64,000 bases of DNA, from positions 124,001 to 188,000 of the forward strand of contig NIVC01001867.1 in assembly GCA_002269645.1 (NCBI GenBank). Direction: 5' to 3'. This DNA is from Macrostomum lignano (Eukaryota). The notes under the pieces are model-generated. The model did no database searches and had not been told where the DNA came from. It was given only the letters and a program-made list of their open reading frames with translations. Made by a program: the position numbers and the translations under genes. Positions 22,782 through 35,241 of the stretch are shown one piece after another; the first letter of the stretch is position 1, and each line of letters begins with the position of its first letter.

Positions 22782-23222
22782 ATGACCATGACGTGGGATG
22801 ATTTTAAACAAAGATATGGAACGGACACAACAAGCAATATCGAATTAACAAATTGGGCGAGGCAGTTAAAAATAAAACCATTCAGATGTGTTATGCGAGA
22901 TGAGATCAAAGACTTACCACAATATGGATCTTTCATTGTTAATATTGAAACAACAAAAGAAAACGGTGTTCATTGGTCAGCAGTTTATTCAAAACCAAAA
23001 CTTGTTTATTTTTTTGATTCATACGCGCTTCCTCCGTTACAGGAAATAAAAGATAAATTTAATCATACTAAAAATCGTTTATGTGGAGATCATCACGAAC
23101 AGTTTCAAACCTTTGATAAAAGTTATTGCGGGCAAGCGGCGTTGTATTTTTTATATCGACTTTCGAATGAAGCTCGTGTAAACCACAAAGTATTTAAGAC
23201 TATTTTAGACTCTATAAAATAG
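22782..23222 (+). CDS. Adenain-like cysteine protease
   Basis: GVHW...FFDSY...QTFDKSYCG catalytic H-D-Q-C order. Confidence 0.92.
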   Translation: MTMTWDDFKQRYGTDTTSNIELTNWARQLKIKPFRCVMRDEIKDLPQYGSFIVNIETTKENGVHWSAVYSKPKLVYFFDSYALPPLQEIKDKFNHTKNRLCGDHHEQFQTFDKSYCGQAALYFLYRLSNEARVNHKVFKTILDSIK

Positions 23223-23232
23223 ACAGTAAAAA

Positions 23233-25102
23233 ATGATATTTTCTGGAACACCCTCATGGAACGGAACAACAAGTACTGGTGGTGGTACTCTGGTGGAATA
23301 AGTGTTACCTTCGGAGATAATCGATATATTAATGAAGATGAAGGTTATAAAAAAAGTGAAGTTGATACTAAACTAAATTTGAAACGGAATGTTGCAGATT
23401 CCTATACCAAAACTGAAATCGATACTTCATTAAATCTTAAAAGAGATATTAGCGATTCATATACAAAATCAGAGGTTGACACTGGGTTAAATTTAAAAAG
23501 AGATATAACTGATTCTTATTCTCGAACTGATTCTGATTCGCGTTATGTTCAAGCCACCGCAACCGGAACTTTAGATATGGATAACAATCGAATTATAAAT
23601 GTTGCAATTACAACGAATAACTCGGTAGTTGATAAGAACTATGTCGATAATCAGGTTGGTAGTCGTAACGGCAATATCAATATGAATAATTTTAAATTAA
23701 CAAATTTATTATTTGGAACAGAGGCCACAGACTCGGTCAATTTAGGGCAGGTCAACGCTCGAGCTAATGTAACCGACGCCGATATTTTTGCCACGCCGCT
23801 TACATCAAATACTTCAAATCCAGATGTTGTTCTTACAGCATCCGAAAATACCAACGATGCTTTTCGAGTTGGAGATGGAAGCCTTGCGACACAATGGTCA
23901 CCAAATACCGGAACCACAACCAATATGGAAATTCAATTTGAATTTTTAGGTTATAATCGAAGAATAAATGAATTAAGAATTACAGGCAGCGCAACTATTG
24001 ATATTCCATCGGGATGGTCGGTTCGTGCAAAAAATGTTGCTACCGATGCATGGACGGTATTACGAACGTCGGGATCACCAATTCAAGCAACTTCATTTGC
24101 GTTAACTAATTTAACGGTTAATTTTTGGAAATATTATAGCGTTTTATTCCCAACTGGTGGCACCGCTACACAACCTATCGAGGTTCGTCTAATACAATTA
24201 TTTGAACACCGAGTTGAAATTCAAGATCTTAATTGGCCAAATGAAATACTATCTGCTACCCGCGAGCGTACGTAGATCAGGTAGCAACTCCAACTTCAAA
24301 TGGTAGAATGTCTGCCGGTGATAAAAATAAATTGGATAATATTCCCGCGATTGATGCCGCATTATTCGAGCCAGTAATTTGTAATTGGACTGGATATCAA
24401 AATCCAACAACCGCTGGAGATATATATCCAGTTGGTTCTTTAATTGGCGACGCTTCTTATATCGATTATCAAAATGGAGCTAGAATTACTCGTGAAACTG
24501 GTGGAGTAAGTGGGGCATTACAATTCAATTTCACACATTTTCAAAATATATCTGCGTCTTTCTATTTCCGAGTCGCTAATTCTACAGGAGATGGTGCAGA
24601 TGCGGTTTGGTTTTATGCATATTGTCACGAACGCCCAACAAGTGAAGGTGGGACTGGATTAACAACCGACGCCGGATTGATAGTTTTTGCAAGTGAGTGG
24701 CATGATAAATTTGGCGTTGTATGGAGTAATAAAAAATCAGACGGATCAAGCCGCGCGGATGTTAATACTGACGCAGATCAAACGGTAGATTATGCAAATA
24801 TTGATAACGGCGATTGGCATTTATTTGAAATTAATATTTTAAATCAAAGGGTTTGGTACCGATTACAGTCATACAATGTTGCTGGTGATTCTTTTACCCT
24901 CATTGGACAGAACGTTTTCACATATGATAGTGGAACTTGGGGAACTTTAGATAAATCTGGAACCCTTATGGGTTTTGGTGCTCGAACTGGAGGATCGGAT
25001 GCTGCACATTTTATTCGTGGCGCAGCCGTTTGTGGTAGCACATCGTTTGGTTATGTTTTTCCTTCTACCGCTTATTTAGAAAAACCACCCGTACAAATCT
25101 AA
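23233..25102 (+). pseudogene. Fibre/receptor-binding protein, two frameshifts
   Basis: 19-aa YTKxEVDxxLNLKRxxxDS repeats, discoidin-like middle domain, C-terminal lectin-like domain; continuous 643-aa homolog in B. Confidence 0.75.
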
Positions 25103-25117
25103 ATATTTATATATAAA

Positions 25118-25444
25118 ATGGCTTTTAGTAGAACTCCATCGATGCGGCAAAATAATGTTATTATTCCTATTCCTAAACAAGAATCAAATATAAAAACATT
25201 CAAATCTCATACCAAATTTTTATTTAGTACTGTAAATGTTCAGGATAATAAGAAGCTTCAAGAATTAATTAAGTTATTAAAAAATCATATTATACTTCAA
25301 GAGTTTTGGAAAATAGGATTTAAATGGGAGAAAAAAGAAAGAATCACTCCAATACAATACCTATTGAGCTCGGGACAAATCCCCAAAGAGCGCGGGGAAT
25401 TCATTTTGGTGCTATTAAAAATAGACGAAAATGTCGGTGTCTGA
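25118..25444 (+). CDS. Polinton uncharacterised protein (108 aa)
   Basis: Homolog at 48264-48644. Confidence 0.7.
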   Translation: MAFSRTPSMRQNNVIIPIPKQESNIKTFKSHTKFLFSTVNVQDNKKLQELIKLLKNHIILQEFWKIGFKWEKKERITPIQYLLSSGQIPKERGEFILVLLKIDENVGV

Positions 25445-26084
25445 AGCAGATAAAAGGGAACGTGATCATTTTAACCAACGCAAGGGTCACATGTTGAGTA
25501 ATGTTGATCGAATAAATTATGATTATGATTTATATACTAAAAAAGTAAGAAGAATTTCAAATCATATCAGAAATATGGATTTTTTCAATATTGGATTTGG
25601 AAGCTTATCGATGTTATGTGTAATTGTTTTAGGTATTTTACAATCATTTCCAACTCTTAATTTATCTCAATTATTTTTAGGTATTTCAATTGGCTCAATA
25701 TCAGGTTTTGAATTGATCAGGAACTTATCAATACTTTTAGCAATTAAATTATATCTTAAAAAAAGAAAGGAAAAATATAAATCTTTAAGAGATGTTGCAA
25801 AACAATATAAAAATCAATTATATTTATATGTGCAAAAAATATTGGATGACGGAGAGATAACTATTCATGAATTATCAACCGCGGTTGAGTTATATGAAAA
25901 ATATTTAAAAGATAGAAATAGAATTTTGGATGTTGAAACTTTTACCGATATGGAATTGAAGGAATTGCGTTTGGACAAACCCAAAGCTCCTCCGATAGAA
26001 ACTATTGAATACAAACCGGAAACTATTGCTACCGGGTTACAAAGTCCGCGGTCAGGAAGTACTGTAGAACTTCAGGTTGTTTAG
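25431..26084 (+). CDS. Two-TM membrane protein with conserved LDDGEITIHE helix region
   Basis: Two hydrophobic segments; homolog at 47678-48333. Confidence 0.75.
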   Translation: MSVSEADKRERDHFNQRKGHMLSNVDRINYDYDLYTKKVRRISNHIRNMDFFNIGFGSLSMLCVIVLGILQSFPTLNLSQLFLGISIGSISGFELIRNLSILLAIKLYLKKRKEKYKSLRDVAKQYKNQLYLYVQKILDDGEITIHELSTAVELYEKYLKDRNRILDVETFTDMELKELRLDKPKAPPIETIEYKPETIATGLQSPRSGSTVELQVV

Positions 26085-26559
26085 TTTATTTAATGCATAC
26101 GTTATATATTCTTCCCAAAGTGGTAACTCTCTTGATCCTAGGTTTAAATTTTTTATCAATACATAAAAATTCCAATGACTTTTTCAATAACATTTCGTTA
26201 GGTATGTTACCTATCCTTATAAACTTTGTATTCTCTCGAATAAGAAAATTGAAATAATATCCAACTAAAATTAAAATCCTTTCGGAGTCTTTCGAACTTA
26301 ATCCCTTTCCTTTATTTAAATGGAAAAAGTTATTATATAAATAAACATTATTTCCGGAATTAAAATTGGATCGAAATGTCTCTTGTAAGATTTCTTAAAA
26401 TTGTGTTTTTAAAATAGTAATATGAATTTTCAATCTTTTTTTTTTTTCAAATTGATATATTTTAGAACATGAATAACACATATGATATATATCTCCGTTT
26501 GCTGTTTGCCCTCTGTGCATAGTCACATTACATTTATTACAAACATAAATGTCTTTCAT
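26052..26559 (-). pseudogene. Zn-ribbon protein, frameshifted
   Basis: Nucleotide homology to intact 47198-47710. Confidence 0.65.
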
Positions 26560-26585
26560 TTTTTTGTTATTTTTTTAGATTAAAA

Positions 26586-26918
26586 ATGGAAAGTTGGTTC
26601 AAAACCGATTCTAATGTGATTAATTATCTCACACCCAATATGTTGGAGAATAAAGAATATAATATTATATGTTTGAGACAGGTTAAATTTATTGGACTTC
26701 AATCAATATTTTTACAATTAGATGGGCAAAAAATTTTATGTCTAAGCGGAGATGATGTTAAAAATTTTCCTGTTTTAGTTATTAATAAACCTAAAGCGTT
26801 TGTTATGAAATACTGCAACGAGGGTGGATTGCAATTTAAACTAAAACAAACAAATAATAAAAAGAGTGATAGGACTGTAAAATTGGCGGCTGTTTGGGAG
26901 GATGACGACGAAGACTAA
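26586..26918 (+). CDS. Polinton uncharacterised beta-rich protein with acidic tail (110 aa)
   Basis: Homolog at 46840-47171. Confidence 0.7.
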   Translation: MESWFKTDSNVINYLTPNMLENKEYNIICLRQVKFIGLQSIFLQLDGQKILCLSGDDVKNFPVLVINKPKAFVMKYCNEGGLQFKLKQTNNKKSDRTVKLAAVWEDDDED

Positions 26919-26933
26919 ATTTTTTATAAGAAA

Positions 26934-27308
26934 ATGGATACGATAAAAATCCTTATCACTAAAGAGCGTGAACTTAATGATATTAATAAAAAAATAAATA
27001 TAATTATATCTCAGAAATATCATGAGTATGGGGACGATATGTTTCCCATCCGATATGAATGATAAAAGAAAACGTTTTTTAAACTGCAATTGTTATGCTG
27101 AAACAGTAATTGAAATTGAAATAGATAGATTGGTTAGAAAAATAAAAAAACTTAGGAAAAAAATAAAGGATTGTTTAAGTTACCCTGACGACTGCGAGGA
27201 AAATTGGCCTTCAATATTATATGAAATCGAAATGGATATTATGCTTAAACAATTACATGCTTTAGTTTTTTTCCGCCCGAAGGGTCGCGGATTTTATCCG
27301 ATAAGTAA
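26934..27308 (+). pseudogene. Polinton uncharacterised protein, frameshifted
   Basis: Homology to 46464-46823. Confidence 0.6.
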
Positions 27309-30300
27309 TTTTTCTGTTAATCTCTTCCAGTTATTCAAGACTTTTTCCTTATTTAATTTTTTAAGTTCTTTTGGAAATGTTGAATAATAATTATCTATAT
27401 CTTTTTCATATTCTAGAAATGTATTATATTCACAATCACATTCGGATTCACAATCACAATCGTAATAATAATTATTTATTGCCGCTTTGTATTCATTATA
27501 TTTACTTATTATATCTTCTTTTTGTTTTTTATCTTTTATCATATTTTTTATCTCTTCTTTTAAACCATATGGATATGTTTTAATTTTATCATCTAAATAT
27601 CTTTTATCATCAAATGGACTTAATGTTTTTTTATCTGTCTCGATGACAAACATCTGATGCTTATCTGAATTTAATCGATATTGTGGAGCATGATAATTTT
27701 CAATTGTATTAAGGTAATCTAAAAGTACGTTTTTATAATCATCAAATGTTATCTTTTTTACTGCTGCTCTTGATACCCCTTTTATTTTTTTTACCTCTCC
27801 CTCCTGTCCTAAAACTTAAATGCATAGCATTTTGATCTTATTGCTATAAACTCGGTTATGATTTTGCTATTTAATTCATCTTTCATTTTAAGTACAACTT
27901 TTTTATTTTGATCTGATTTTAAAGGATGGTTATCCGGATAGTCGGAGGTATCCAATGTATCCTTAATTTTTTCCATATCTTTATAGACATCGAACCTTTG
28001 GTTCGCGGCTCCGTCCGTCATCTGTTTCAACCTTAAATACCAAACTGTCGGTGTCTGCATATATTGGATAGTTATCTGGCCATGTTTTATTTATAACATC
28101 ATAATAGTATTCATACATTACTAGCTTTGCATAATCTAAAACAACCATTCCAATAAATATTGGTTTAAGAAATTTTGTTGTTTTATTTCTCATATGAATA
28201 CCCATAAAGTTATCATCAAATTTTATAAAGTCTTTAAAGTTAGGTTTTGAGAAATATTTCTTTGCTTTATCAATATCCTTTTCTAAATGGAATTGGGTTC
28301 TATCTCTAATATTTTCAACCGTTTTTCCATAAAAAGCATTATTCATTAATTTCCAATAATCTTTCTCAAAATTTGTTTTTGACATCTGTCTCTGATTTGA
28401 ATTAAAGTCAATATATTTAGCTAACCAATCTTCCTCAATAAACGATATTGTTCGATGTACTTTAGACACTTTTAATCCCTGTTTTCATAAAATTGTAGAA
28501 GCTTATAATGCACTACATAGTTTTTCTTATCATGTAAATTTAATATTAATTTTTTTGTTGCTAGATGTTTTGCATTATCTGCTTTAAGATAATCTTTTTG
28601 TGTTTGTGATAAATCATCTTCATTAACTGAACAATGCTCTGGAGCTAAAGGATATTTATATGTTTTTGCTTTTGCTTCCCGAGTATATTGCAAATCCACT
28701 TCTACGATACAGCCCCTTCCTTCGGGAATATTTTTGTAATAATCGGGGTCATCTTCCCATTGGAAATCAGCTATTGGTAATTTTTGTTTCATACAACCAC
28801 CGTATAAATTGTTTGCATCTAGATATAATACATATGATGATTTTTCTTTTTTATTATAATTTGGTAGATATTTATTATTTACTTTAGTATATCTATCTCC
28901 TAGTACACCCGAGAATCCGCCGCGAATTCCTCTCTCAATCATTAACAACATATCATGATCAGTTAGTAAATCAATCTTAACATCTGTGTATTTCAAACCA
29001 CAAGCCCATGTTAATCCGGTGCACTGAAACAATATGCGGGATCAATTTTAAAATTCTCATATGTATGATTCCTAAAGTTTTCAAATGCATCAGCTAATAG
29101 GAGAACATCTGCTTTAAGATATAGATTATGATAATCTTTAAATGTTTTACAATTAAAATATTTCCATACTTTTTGAGCGTGTTCATAATCCGATTCACTT
29201 ATGTTTGTTTGTGATAATGTTGAATAAAACTTTTCAATTGGGGGTAATTCGGTATGAAAAATACGTCTTCAGATGTTACATATTCATATGGGTAGATGCC
29301 CTTACGAGTTAATAGCATTAGTTCTTCCTCGGATAGTTTTTCTTTTTGAAACGATTCAATAAGATTGGAAAGTTTTTCTTTACTATTTCTAAATCCCATG
29401 GTTTTGGAACTAATGATGAAACAACATTTGCTAAAGATGTTGATAAGAATCTCAAGGAATCTAGAAAAACTAGATGGGAGTATTTCTTACCATATGTTAT
29501 TGATATGTAATTTTCTGATGTTTTAGGTAATATATTTATTTCATATTCATCCTTTCCTAAATGAAGCAATTCTCGAACTAGAAATGAAAATCATATCCGG
29601 AACCATTATGAAAAAATACTGGTATTTCCTTACATCCTTTTCCTTCTTTTGCGTTACATGATCTACATGCTGCCCCTCGATAAATTCCCGTTAGATGACA
29701 ATGTTCTCGTATCTTATTTTTCTTACTTAAATATCTTTTGCACATATAACAATTTGTTGCATTTTTATAATTGTCTCTATCCTTATCTGTCATAATAATA
29801 TTTTTTGATAATTTATCATATTGATTTTGAATATATTCAAATACATTTACTAATGATTCTGCCATGTGCTTAGCTGCATCATTACCGTGGTAAGTAATCA
29901 TCCTTGATTTAAATATATGATCAGCTACGGAGTGTACATATATACAATAACTATTAGGAAACTGTTGTGCTAATTTTTTTGTGCATTCACCATCAGATAC
30001 TGTCTGTGATTCTTTTAAGGGAACATTTGTTGCTTCAAAATCAGCATATATTACTATTGGTTTTTTAATTGCCATATAATGTTGTTGGAACATTAGGGTT
30101 GCATCTTCAGATGCTGGCATTACAGCATTAGTAAATTTGTGATCTAAACAAAATCGTTGATGATTTTTAAGAGCTGTTTCATCCTTTTTAAATGTGAAAC
30201 AATTTCTACATAGTGGATATCTATTTCTATTTTCTCTTAAAAAGAACTAATGTCCTTTATGTATATATAATGTGTTTCATTTTCACGCTGCATGTACAAA

Positions 30301-31219
30301 AGGTCGATTTGATCTGGTGCTGTTATATCTGTTGCTGGCTTAACAAGATAACACCTTTTCTTATACCATTCTGGATTGGTTGAAATTTCTTCTAGATCTT
30401 TTGGTTCTTCAATTGTAAACACATTAATATTTAAACCATTCATTTTTTCAATCTTATATATATCATCTATTGCTACTGGGTATGATATGTTTTTCATTAT
30501 TATTTCATCTCATATTGTTATAATTATATATTTTATTAGTGTGTGATTCTACTTGATTGTGATATTTATGAATTAATAAACACCATAATAAACATTTATT
30601 ATCTTTATTGTTGGATTTATGATCATTGGTGATTTAAATTTGAGCTTCATATGTGATCGTCCTTTAAGAATTTCTATGGGTGCAATCTTTACTATTGCTG
30701 AATTACAGGATACAAATATAAACCCGATCCGTTTTCTGTCATCTTATCTATCCATTCATCAAACTCAGCTTCTATTTGATTAAATTGATTATTGTAATTT
30801 CCCATTGATAGTAGTGTTTTATATGATTCTTGTGAAAAGTTATTTATTACTTCAATTTCTGAATTTGCATTAAGAATATTTGGTTTTTTAAATTCTGTTT
30901 CAACTTCTATTTTATACTTAATTGGCTGTCGTTTGTTATTTGGCCTTATAGTATAATTGTTTAATATGGTCTTTAATTTATCTTTCATTTGTTTAAAATA
31001 TTCTTTATAATTTGTATTTATATCTATATCTATACCTATTACTTCAGCTCCATTTTGTCCTTGTGGTTGGGGGTTATCAATATCATTTAATTGTCTTTCT
31101 AAACGTATCTCATTTTCTGCCCTAACTCTAGCTTCTATATTAGCTCTTTCTAATTCCAATTGAGCTATTAATTGCGCTCTAAGTTCAGGGTTGTCGATTT
31201 GAGCTAAAATTGCTTCCAT
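27294..31219 (-). pseudogene. Protein-primed DNA polymerase B, multiple frameshifts
   Basis: Fragments 30692-31219, 30237-30497, 29578-30120, 29318-29569, 28472-29032, 27981-28469, 27294-27653 match the intact copy in B. Confidence 0.92.
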
Positions 31220-31303
31220 TTTATAGAATAAAATTTATATAATGTTTGAATTATTGATTTTTTAATTTTGTGTTTTTGGTGTCCAGACCCTCCCCCCAGG
31301 AGC

Positions 31304-32263
31304 CTATTCGAGATCTGCTTTTGGTAATAGCAATCCGTTTCCCATAACGTTTGAATTTAAGAAAATTCCTGAACCTGCTTTTGGTCGCATTTCGAGATAT
31401 AATCCGCTTCCATCATGTTTTTCAATGATGTTAAAATCTTTTCCTAACTTATTAAAAATTTTCTGAACAGCTGGTCTAAAATTGGATCCAATATTGTCAA
31501 AAAATCCTTTAGCTTTCTCACCCGTTTTTTCTAAAGTTTGGCCAAATTCGTGTAGTTTATCTGCGACAACTCCACTTCCTTGGGTCGTTCCTTTTAAAAT
31601 TAAACCTTTTCCAGCTGCTAATTTAGCTTCTGCATTTCTTTTTTGCTCTGCTGTTGCTGAACTACTATTAATGGTATCTATAAGTTTTTGTTTGAATTGT
31701 GCGTCCTGTGTTATTTGCTGTCTTTGAAATTCGGCCTCTCTTTTGGCTTTTTCATCCGCGGCTTTTTTGTCATTTACTGCTTTTGCAATTCCAGCCGCTC
31801 CTCCAGCGACTCCTCCAGCTGCTCCAATTCCTGCAAAAATTATTGGGAGCAAAGTTGCGAGGGGTAATATACCCCCTTCTTTTGCTTTTAATTCTCCTAA
31901 CTGTTTTATGTTATCATGAATTCTTTTTCCTGCTAAACCAGCTGCTCCAGCTGCCCCAAGTCCTAAAAGAATTGGTAAAATGGGTAACAACCCGCCGTCC
32001 TTTTTAGTGTGAGTCTCCAATAAAAATTTTACATCGGAGTCTGTCAGCCTATAATTTCTACCATGATTCTTAAAGGATATTGGTCTTCCTTCTTGTGCAT
32101 ATTTCGCAGCAAGTTTAAATGTATTGATGTCGTAGTCAAATTTTTTGCCTAAGCGATCCAATCTTTTTAACATTGCGTGACTATGTTTATTATCGTCTAG
32201 ATTTAAAGTATCTACAATTTCTCCTATAAAATATAGCCGTTTTTCGTCATTAACTGAGTCCAT
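31304..32263 (-). CDS. Core/virion precursor with adenovirus pX-like GG-ILP motifs (319 aa)
   Basis: EGGILPLATLLPIIFAGIGAAGG resembles adenoviral pX MRGGILPLLIPLIAAAIGA; homolog at 41511-42485. Confidence 0.65.
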   Translation of the reverse strand: MDSVNDEKRLYFIGEIVDTLNLDDNKHSHAMLKRLDRLGKKFDYDINTFKLAAKYAQEGRPISFKNHGRNYRLTDSDVKFLLETHTKKDGGLLPILPILLGLGAAGAAGLAGKRIHDNIKQLGELKAKEGGILPLATLLPIIFAGIGAAGGVAGGAAGIAKAVNDKKAADEKAKREAEFQRQQITQDAQFKQKLIDTINSSSATAEQKRNAEAKLAAGKGLILKGTTQGSGVVADKLHEFGQTLEKTGEKAKGFFDNIGSNFRPAVQKIFNKLGKDFNIIEKHDGSGLYLEMRPKAGSGIFLNSNVMGNGLLLPKADLE

Positions 32264-32273
32264 TTTTATATTG

Positions 32274-32684
32274 TTAAAATTTCTTTAATCCTTTTCCGCC
32301 TTTAATTGTGGTTAACATTTTATTAAAATCCTGAATATCTTTATTACTTATTGGTGTGCTTTTCGTGGGGGTTTCTGTTGGTTGTGCGGCTTGAGTTGTT
32401 TCCTGCGCTAGTTTCAAATCTTTTATTGCTTTTATTTGTGAGAGGGTGTCGTTAAATTCTCTCAATTTCTTTAGTTCTTCTACTGCCCTCGCTGCTTCGA
32501 TTCCGCCCTTTACAGCGTTTGTTATAGAACCTGCTGCAGAGCCTGCTTGGCCTATAAGACCCATATTGTCTTTAACGAAATTCGCTGCTGTACCAACCAC
32601 ATCAAAAAGACCCTCACCTCGGTATTCAACTGGGTCTCCTACCTGCAATTCGTTCAGATTTTGCATATGTGTAACGTGTGTCAT
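32274..32684 (-). CDS. Virion precursor with amphipathic segment (GEG-LFDVVGTAANFVKD)
   Basis: Homolog at 41102-41500. Confidence 0.7.
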   Translation of the reverse strand: MTHVTHMQNLNELQVGDPVEYRGEGLFDVVGTAANFVKDNMGLIGQAGSAAGSITNAVKGGIEAARAVEELKKLREFNDTLSQIKAIKDLKLAQETTQAAQPTETPTKSTPISNKDIQDFNKMLTTIKGGKGLKKF

Positions 32685-33127
32685 TTTTTGTTCTATTTTT
32701 AGTAACAGAAAAATTAAGTTGCAGACACTAAAGAAAAGGGTAGTGTGCAAGCATCTCGAGCGGTTTTATTTTATAGCTCTTTTTTACTCTTTTTTGTATA
32801 GAAAATAAAGAAGACGCAAACACAAAAGATTCTCTATCCAAAAATGAACCTATGGTTCGCGGGCTGTGCCCGATGGCACAAATGGCCTGCTCCGCTGGAG
32901 CACAATGGACGCTTTTTATTCGATGAATGGCCATTTTTCTCTCTGTCCTCGGTGCATTGTGTCTATAACAGCACATGAATTTTTCTCATAGCTTAGAAAA
33001 AATCATGTATACACTAAAAGAGTTTGGTGCACACACACACATGATTTTTTCTAAGCTATGAGAAAAATTCATGTATACACTAAAAAGATTGTCAGTTTAA
33101 TAGTTATGGAAATAGCACGCAAATTAT

Positions 33128-34014
33128 TTACTTCTTAACCCATTTTCCTCCTTCGAACATCTCTCGGACTTCGGCGGCGCTCTCAGCTTTGTCTTCCGCG
33201 TCAGGATCTTCGTTGAAAGCTACAATATAAAAGCAAGCTTTAAAAAATATGAACTTACTTACATTACCACAATAGTGAAGCAATCACTTACTGTCTTCAT
33301 ACCACTGGTGAACTTGCTTTTCTTCAGGACTGCCATCTTTCAAAACCAAAGCAACTGTCTCGTGTTGCATCTTGAGAAGTTCCTTAAACCTGGCATCGTT
33401 TTTGCCTTCTTGCAAATCGCAGCACTATAATTAATTACTATGCCCATTGAATAGGTAGAAAAAATTAAACCCGGGTATTCAAGGCAGAGTTGATAGTATT
33501 TGTTATAATCCTCAACCTTCCGGCTGGTTATGTTGAATGAGTCGGCCAGCTCTCGCTCTGTCATTCGATACTTCGTGCTTAAATAGTAGATAAGTCTACC
33601 CTGCTCAAATTGCATCATTGCCTTAGCAATCGATAGAGCTTCAATAGATGACTTTATTTTCTTAAATCTTTCAATCAAATCATGTTTGGTCGTACCTTCA
33701 AGCTTGAGACCAACGTGGGATAGGCCTTGTGTAATCGCTTCCACGCACACACTAACTCCTCTATCTTCGTTCTCCTCTAACTTCTGATAGATTGTCTCTA
33801 GCACATTCTCCACATAACCTTTCTCTTTCCTCTTTTGGGTGGTCGGCTTCTTTTCACTCACCCCATCCAACTTTTCTAAACTATCATGTAAGGCCTCCAA
33901 TTCCTTCTCCGAGAAGTCTTTAAGTCGGCAACCAATTAATGACTTATCCTTCCTTGATAAATTCGTAGCAATCTCGACAATAGATGATATCCTTGCTTCT
34001 TTCGATGATGCCAT
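33128..34014 (-). CDS. Element-A-specific cargo gene with spliceosomal intron (33291-33220) and an HTH-like region; one apparent frameshift ~33395
   Basis: 224-aa ORF; donor gtaagt and acceptor ttgtag give ...QWYED/TFNEDPDAEDKAESAAEVREMFEGGKWVKK*; MTERELADSFNITSRKVEDY is HTH-like. Confidence 0.6.
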
Positions 34015-34485
34015 GATAATACGTTTGTTAGTTCTTGTAAAAGACAGATATTAGGAGTTGTGCATAAATAAGAGACTATTTGCTGTGGCTAGTTTTTTAG
34101 ATTTCATCATTCTTATACACACAATTAAAGCTTGGGGTGGAGTGCTGAAAATAATAAAAGCGCTTTTCATGAGTAAGCAACTCACCTTCCTGTTGTAGCC
34201 AGTTTGAGTCTGAGGTTTGCGCTTCGGTAAATGATGAGTATAATAGAAACCCCGAATTCCCGCGTTAGTCATTATACTGTCTGCGACCCTTTGGGGTGAT
34301 CATGCAAAGTTTTTCTTTTTGTGAGCTGCTTTAAGATAGTTAAACACTGTTCCTTTTCTATGACTCAGTTTGGGTCAGACTGTGCCCCTTCGCGCCTGCG
34401 GCGCGTGCGAGGGTTTATAGAGAATTTGAAGTGTTAGAAGTGTTGGGGTGTGTTGGAAGTGTTGGAAGTGTTGGAAGTGTTGGGT

Positions 34486-34765
34486 AGAGTAGTAGTAGGG
34501 AAAAAGACGCTTCTAGATCAGACCTTTTTTAATGGTCGTTTATAAGGTTCCAGAGGGGGGACACGAGGGGTGTGATAAGATGAGTTGGGGATGGGTTATA
34601 TTGATTTTTGGTATTAAGGGGTGTTGTGGGTGATTATGGGTGATTAGATGTGTTAAGGGTGTTTAGATGTGTTTTTTTATTTACCCCCCGTGTCCCCCCT
34701 CTAGACCCTTAAAACGGCTGTTAAAAAAGTGCTCTGGGTCTGGAAGCGTCTTTTTCCCTACTACT
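34486..34765 (-). repeat. Polinton-A right TIR
   Basis: Inverted copy of 15606-15885. Confidence 0.95.
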
Positions 34766-35241
34766 GACTTCATTACAGTGGATTGCTTCTTTTCCGTGTA
34801 ATTCAGCCAGTTAGGATTTGGCAAAGCAGTTGCTGGTCGTCATCGCATCGCACCAGCTAATTGAACTCTTTCAAACTCTTCAGACAAAATTGACAGTTAG
34901 TTGCAAAATTGTGTTGGAAAAACGTATACTACTATTTTGTACTACTTAAAACAGTGCAGGCAGAATCACAATGACAATCGAATGGCAAACTGTATACATG
35001 ATTTCGCTGCAGACATTTATCGCAGATGGAAATTAACAAAGGTGGTTTAGCAGCAGAGAAGCAGCAAAGTACATGCTGAAACAGAACCGGAATGCCGGGG
35101 CTACTCGTTCCGTTCATCAGCTTCCAATGCTTATGAATACAATGTAGAGCATGGCGAAGCGCTAGAAAGCAGAGCGACCGATTGCATAGAAGGTTTTTCT
35201 AAAGATTATACATGCAAATAAAGTAAGAGTAATCAGAATCA

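Larger units (their letters stand above)
15606..34765. mobile_element. Polinton/Maverick element A (19,160 bp)
   Basis: AGTAGT...ACTACT termini, 280-bp identical TIRs, 6-bp TSD GACTTC (15600-15605, 34766-34771), full Polinton gene set, AT-rich intron-poor interior. Confidence 0.98.
11322..34777 (+). mobile_element. Full-length Ty3/Gypsy LTR retrotransposon (Mag-like), 3' LTR interrupted by Polinton-A
   Basis: TG...CA LTRs, 5-bp TSD GTGGA at 11317-11321 and 34778-34782, PBS, PPT and gag-pol ORF in PR-RT-RH-IN order. Confidence 0.97.
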
